Source: a virus (lineage: Duplodnaviria > Caudoviricetes). From it: DNA of 30,035 nucleotides. The notes below the pieces were generated by a model. It was given only the letters and a program-made list of their open reading frames with translations. It was not told the origin of the DNA and did no database searches. This document shows positions 27,315 through 30,035 of the stretch, piece by piece (within the stretch, counting starts at the first letter, position 1; each line of letters opens with the position of its first letter). The position numbers and the translations under genes were made by a program. The stretch is taken from positions 1 to 30,035 of the IMG/VR virus record IMGVR_UViG_3300020043_004311. One strand, given 5' to 3'.

Positions 27315-28462
27315 AAAACTTAGAGCCAGCCCCAAAGCTAACCCCACCAAAAGATTGGCGGCCAGCAGTACAGTTCGATGGAACTAACGGCGAGGCAACC
27401 ACACCACCGACCACCGGCAACCAGCCAGACTTTGACCAATTCCTACTTGATCAAGGTTTCTCACCTGAGCTAATCGAAATCTACGGCCCGATTAGAACAT
27501 CTCGTTGGCAACAGCGAGAAGGCGGTGACTGGCTGGTTAGCTGGCGGTTTAACTTTCGCATGAAGGCAGACCTTGATGTTGACCTGCCAACACTTTATGC
27601 ACAGGCAAAGAAAACTAAGTTGCCAGCCAGAAAAGAAACCAACCAAGGCAAGGCACTTGTCATTGTGCCAGCCGACTACCAGGTAGGCAAGGTAGGTAGC
27701 AGGGGCAACACCCAAGACCTCATTGCCAGAGTCTTTGCAAGCTACGAACGCATCGAGCAAAAGCTAAAGCATGGCAAGTACGAGAAGGTCATCATCCTCG
27801 ATGCAGGGGACATGATTGAGTCGGTATCAAACAAGGCAAGCATGGCTCAACTTGAAAGCAACGACCTCTCGCCATTCCAGCAACAAGACCTCGCTGCTGC
27901 CTTACTGTGGGATCTAATAAAGCTGGCTCACAAGTACGCACCAGTGACCTATGCCTCAGTAGGGTCCAACCATTGCCAGTGGCGAGTCAACGGTCAGGCA
28001 GTCGGTAAGCCAGGGCTAGATGATGTTGGCATTGTCATTTTGCAACAGCTAAGGCGATTGAGCACCGAGCTGGGCATGGATGTCAACTACCTGATTCCAG
28101 ACCCTTACGATGAGTCACTAGCCTTTGATGTCTTTGGCGATGAGTTCCACATCCTTGCAGTAGCTCATGGACACCAAGCTGCCCGACCTAACGGAGTACC
28201 TGATTGGCTAATCAAGCAGACCTACTCTCAAGGCCCAATCTCAGCCTTTACCACTTTTGTCAGCGGTCACTTCCACCATGTCAGGGTTGAGGAACTAGCA
28301 CCTGCAAGCAATGGGGGATCTAGGTATTGGATTCAGGCTTCAACCAGCGACAATGGCAGTGATTGGTTTCGCTTGAAAAGTGGGACTGAGAGTACAACCG
28401 GAATTGTCTGCTTTGAGCTTGAGCGTGAGGTTCACTTTCGAGGCACAATCTACAAACTCTAA
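27302..28462 (+). CDS. Calcineurin-like metallophosphoesterase (Mre11/SbcD superfamily)
   Basis: ADYQ.GK, GDMIE, SNH, HGH, GHFH motifs. Confidence 0.85.
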   Translation: MLLLENLEPAPKLTPPKDWRPAVQFDGTNGEATTPPTTGNQPDFDQFLLDQGFSPELIEIYGPIRTSRWQQREGGDWLVSWRFNFRMKADLDVDLPTLYAQAKKTKLPARKETNQGKALVIVPADYQVGKVGSRGNTQDLIARVFASYERIEQKLKHGKYEKVIILDAGDMIESVSNKASMAQLESNDLSPFQQQDLAAALLWDLIKLAHKYAPVTYASVGSNHCQWRVNGQAVGKPGLDDVGIVILQQLRRLSTELGMDVNYLIPDPYDESLAFDVFGDEFHILAVAHGHQAARPNGVPDWLIKQTYSQGPISAFTTFVSGHFHHVRVEELAPASNGGSRYWIQASTSDNGSDWFRLKSGTESTTGIVCFELEREVHFRGTIYKL

Positions 28463-28481
28463 GTTGCAGGAAAAGAGAGAG

Positions 28482-29039
28482 ATGAAAATCGGGAGCCTAT
28501 TCAGCGGCTATGGCGGACTTGACCTAGCAGTCAGTAAAGTCCTCAACGCCGAGGTTGCTTGGCATTGTGAATGGGAGGATGCCCCGAGCAAAGTGCTTGA
28601 GGCGAACTTCCCAGGCGTGCCTAACTACCGAGATGTAAGCAAGGTTGACTGGCACTCAGTTGAGCCTGTTGACATCCTCACAGGGGGATTCCCTTGCCAA
28701 GACTTATCACTAGCTGGCAAGCGTGCCGGACTACAAGAGGGAACTAGATCAGGTCTGTGGTCAGAGTTCTACAAAGCCATTGACATCCTCAGACCATCAC
28801 TTGTTGTTATCGAAAATGTAAGGGGTTTACTAAGTGCCAAAGCAGATAGCGGTCTGGAATACGGACCTGAAATTATGGTCAAGCTCAAAGACCAGCCAGC
28901 CCTCAGAGCCTTGGGAGCCGTTCTTGGGGACTTGGCCGAAATCGGGTATGACGCAAAGTGGACAAGCGTTCGAGCTTCCGATGCAGGTGCCCCTCACCAA
29001 AGGTTCAGAGTCTTTATCACTGCCTACCCCAACCACTAG
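28482..29039 (+). CDS. C5-cytosine DNA methyltransferase, N-terminal subunit (motifs I-VIII)
   Basis: LFSGYGG, GGFPCQD, ENV, HQRFRVF; stops directly after motif VIII. Confidence 0.9.
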   Translation: MKIGSLFSGYGGLDLAVSKVLNAEVAWHCEWEDAPSKVLEANFPGVPNYRDVSKVDWHSVEPVDILTGGFPCQDLSLAGKRAGLQEGTRSGLWSEFYKAIDILRPSLVVIENVRGLLSAKADSGLEYGPEIMVKLKDQPALRALGAVLGDLAEIGYDAKWTSVRASDAGAPHQRFRVFITAYPNH

Positions 29040-29508
29040 AGATTACAAAGACGGCTCGGCTGATCACAAAAGGAAGGGCAAAGTTCAGACAGACACAGTA
29101 GCTAGGGCAATCTTTAGTAGCGGTGAGATAGCCCTCATGGGCACACCACGCACCAGCTCTGCTAACGGCTCAACACCTAAGCAAGTAGCAGCAGGGGCAC
29201 CAAAGGCTCGCATTGAGGATCAAGTCTTGCTAACTAACTGGGGCAAGTTCGAGCCAGCCATAAGACGCTGGGAAGCCATCCTTGGCAGACAAGCACCAGA
29301 GCCTACGAAGCCAGACGGAAAAGACGGAAACCACAGACTGTCATCCAAGTTCACCGAGTGGATGATGGGGCTACCTGATGGCTGGATAACCAGACACAAT
29401 CTAAAACGCAATGATGAGCTAAAGCTTGCAGGTAATGGAGTTGTGCCACAACAGGCTGAGTTAGCATTGAGGCTATTGCTTGAGTTGCCAGAGATAAGAG
29501 AGAACTAA
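28834..29508 (+). CDS. C5-cytosine DNA methyltransferase, C-terminal subunit (TRD, motifs IX-X)
   Basis: LPTP, RLS..F.EWMMGLP.GW, LKLAGNGVVPQQA; AAGGGG SD before GTG; different frame overlapping the first part. Confidence 0.8.
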   Translation: MPKQIAVWNTDLKLWSSSKTSQPSEPWEPFLGTWPKSGMTQSGQAFELPMQVPLTKGSESLSLPTPTTRDYKDGSADHKRKGKVQTDTVARAIFSSGEIALMGTPRTSSANGSTPKQVAAGAPKARIEDQVLLTNWGKFEPAIRRWEAILGRQAPEPTKPDGKDGNHRLSSKFTEWMMGLPDGWITRHNLKRNDELKLAGNGVVPQQAELALRLLLELPEIREN

Positions 29509-29510
29509 AG

Positions 29511-29690
29511 ATGTCACCTGCCTACGACTACAAGTGCCAAGACTGTGGCATGACCCTAACCATCATCAGAGGTATCAAGGATGACGAACACAAACCTATC
29601 TGCATCAACTGTGCCAAGGTAATGCCTAGAGCCTACGACTCAGCTCCAGCTGTGACATTCAAAGGTGAAGGCTGGGGCAAGGATGGGTAG
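29511..29690 (+). CDS. FmdB-family zinc-ribbon protein (59 aa)
   Basis: P.YDYKCQDCG...CINC...M.R.Y...FKG.GW; not in ORF track. Confidence 0.8.
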   Translation: MSPAYDYKCQDCGMTLTIIRGIKDDEHKPICINCAKVMPRAYDSAPAVTFKGEGWGKDG

Positions 29691-30035
29691 GTTCCCTAAG
29701 CCCTGCCTAGTGTGTGGTGTATTGACTCAAGGCTTATCTCGATGTCAACAACACCAGGCTGAATGGCAGACACTAGAGAACCTTAGATTGCAGGAGATGA
29801 AGAGTAGAAGGCCTACCCTGTATGACAGCAGCTATCGCAAGCGAGCTAAGAAGGTAAGAGAGAATGCATTGTATTGTCATATATGTAAGGAACCAGCCAG
29901 ACCCAATGACCCCTTCACAGCAGATCATCTTATTGCCGGAGATCCAGAGAGTCCTCTAGCAGCAGCTCACAGGTCCTGCAACAGTCTTGGCACTTGTAGT
30001 CGTAGGCAGGTGACATCTTTAGTTCTCTCTTATCC
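29683..30035 (+). CDS. HNH endonuclease (probably packaging-associated), 3' end corrupted or truncated
   Basis: PCLVCG...RC..H; CHIC...TADH...AHRSCNS; sequence after about 29985 is an inverted copy of upstream DNA. Confidence 0.8.
   Translation, partial: MGRFPKPCLVCGVLTQGLSRCQQHQAEWQTLENLRLQEMKSRRPTLYDSSYRKRAKKVRENALYCHICKEPARPNDPFTADHLIAGDPESPLAAAHRSCNSLGTCSRRQVTSLVLSY
29981..30034 (-). repeat. 54-bp perfect inverted copy of 29493-29546
   Basis: Base-by-base reverse complement match. Confidence 0.95.

Overview
Near-complete genome (about 30 kb) of a tailed HK97-type siphovirus, most likely infecting an Actinomycetota host (whiB gene, TANNNT leaderless promoters). The window starts in the last 44 codons of the terminase large subunit. 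It then runs through portal, an Ig-like adaptor plus collagen fibre, a multidomain prohead protease and the major capsid protein. A 4-gene glycosylation cassette (3 glycosyltransferases and an NDP-sugar epimerase) sits inside the virion operon, followed by neck and tail genes (with a -1 frameshifted tail chaperone), tape measure, tail tip and lysis genes. The right arm carries whiB (the only convincing minus-strand CDS), YqaJ exonuclease/SSAP, HNH, replication initiator, DnaB, SSB, RusA, an array of small related proteins, a metallophosphoesterase, a split C5 DNA methyltransferase, an FmdB-type zinc ribbon and a terminal HNH truncated by a probable fold-back artefact. I saw no integrase, repressor, tRNA or CRISPR array. 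The most unusual signals are: (1) a putative RNA regulatory layer, with two cis-antisense RNAs (one a plasmid-like switch upstream of the replication genes), tandem covarying hairpins in the capsid leader, and a terminator loop complementary to the next gene's initiation region; (2) a virion glycosylation module next to a Thr-rich collagen fibre; (3) a HiPIP-like 4-Cys module fused to the prohead protease. All functional calls come from motif recognition by eye, with no database search.
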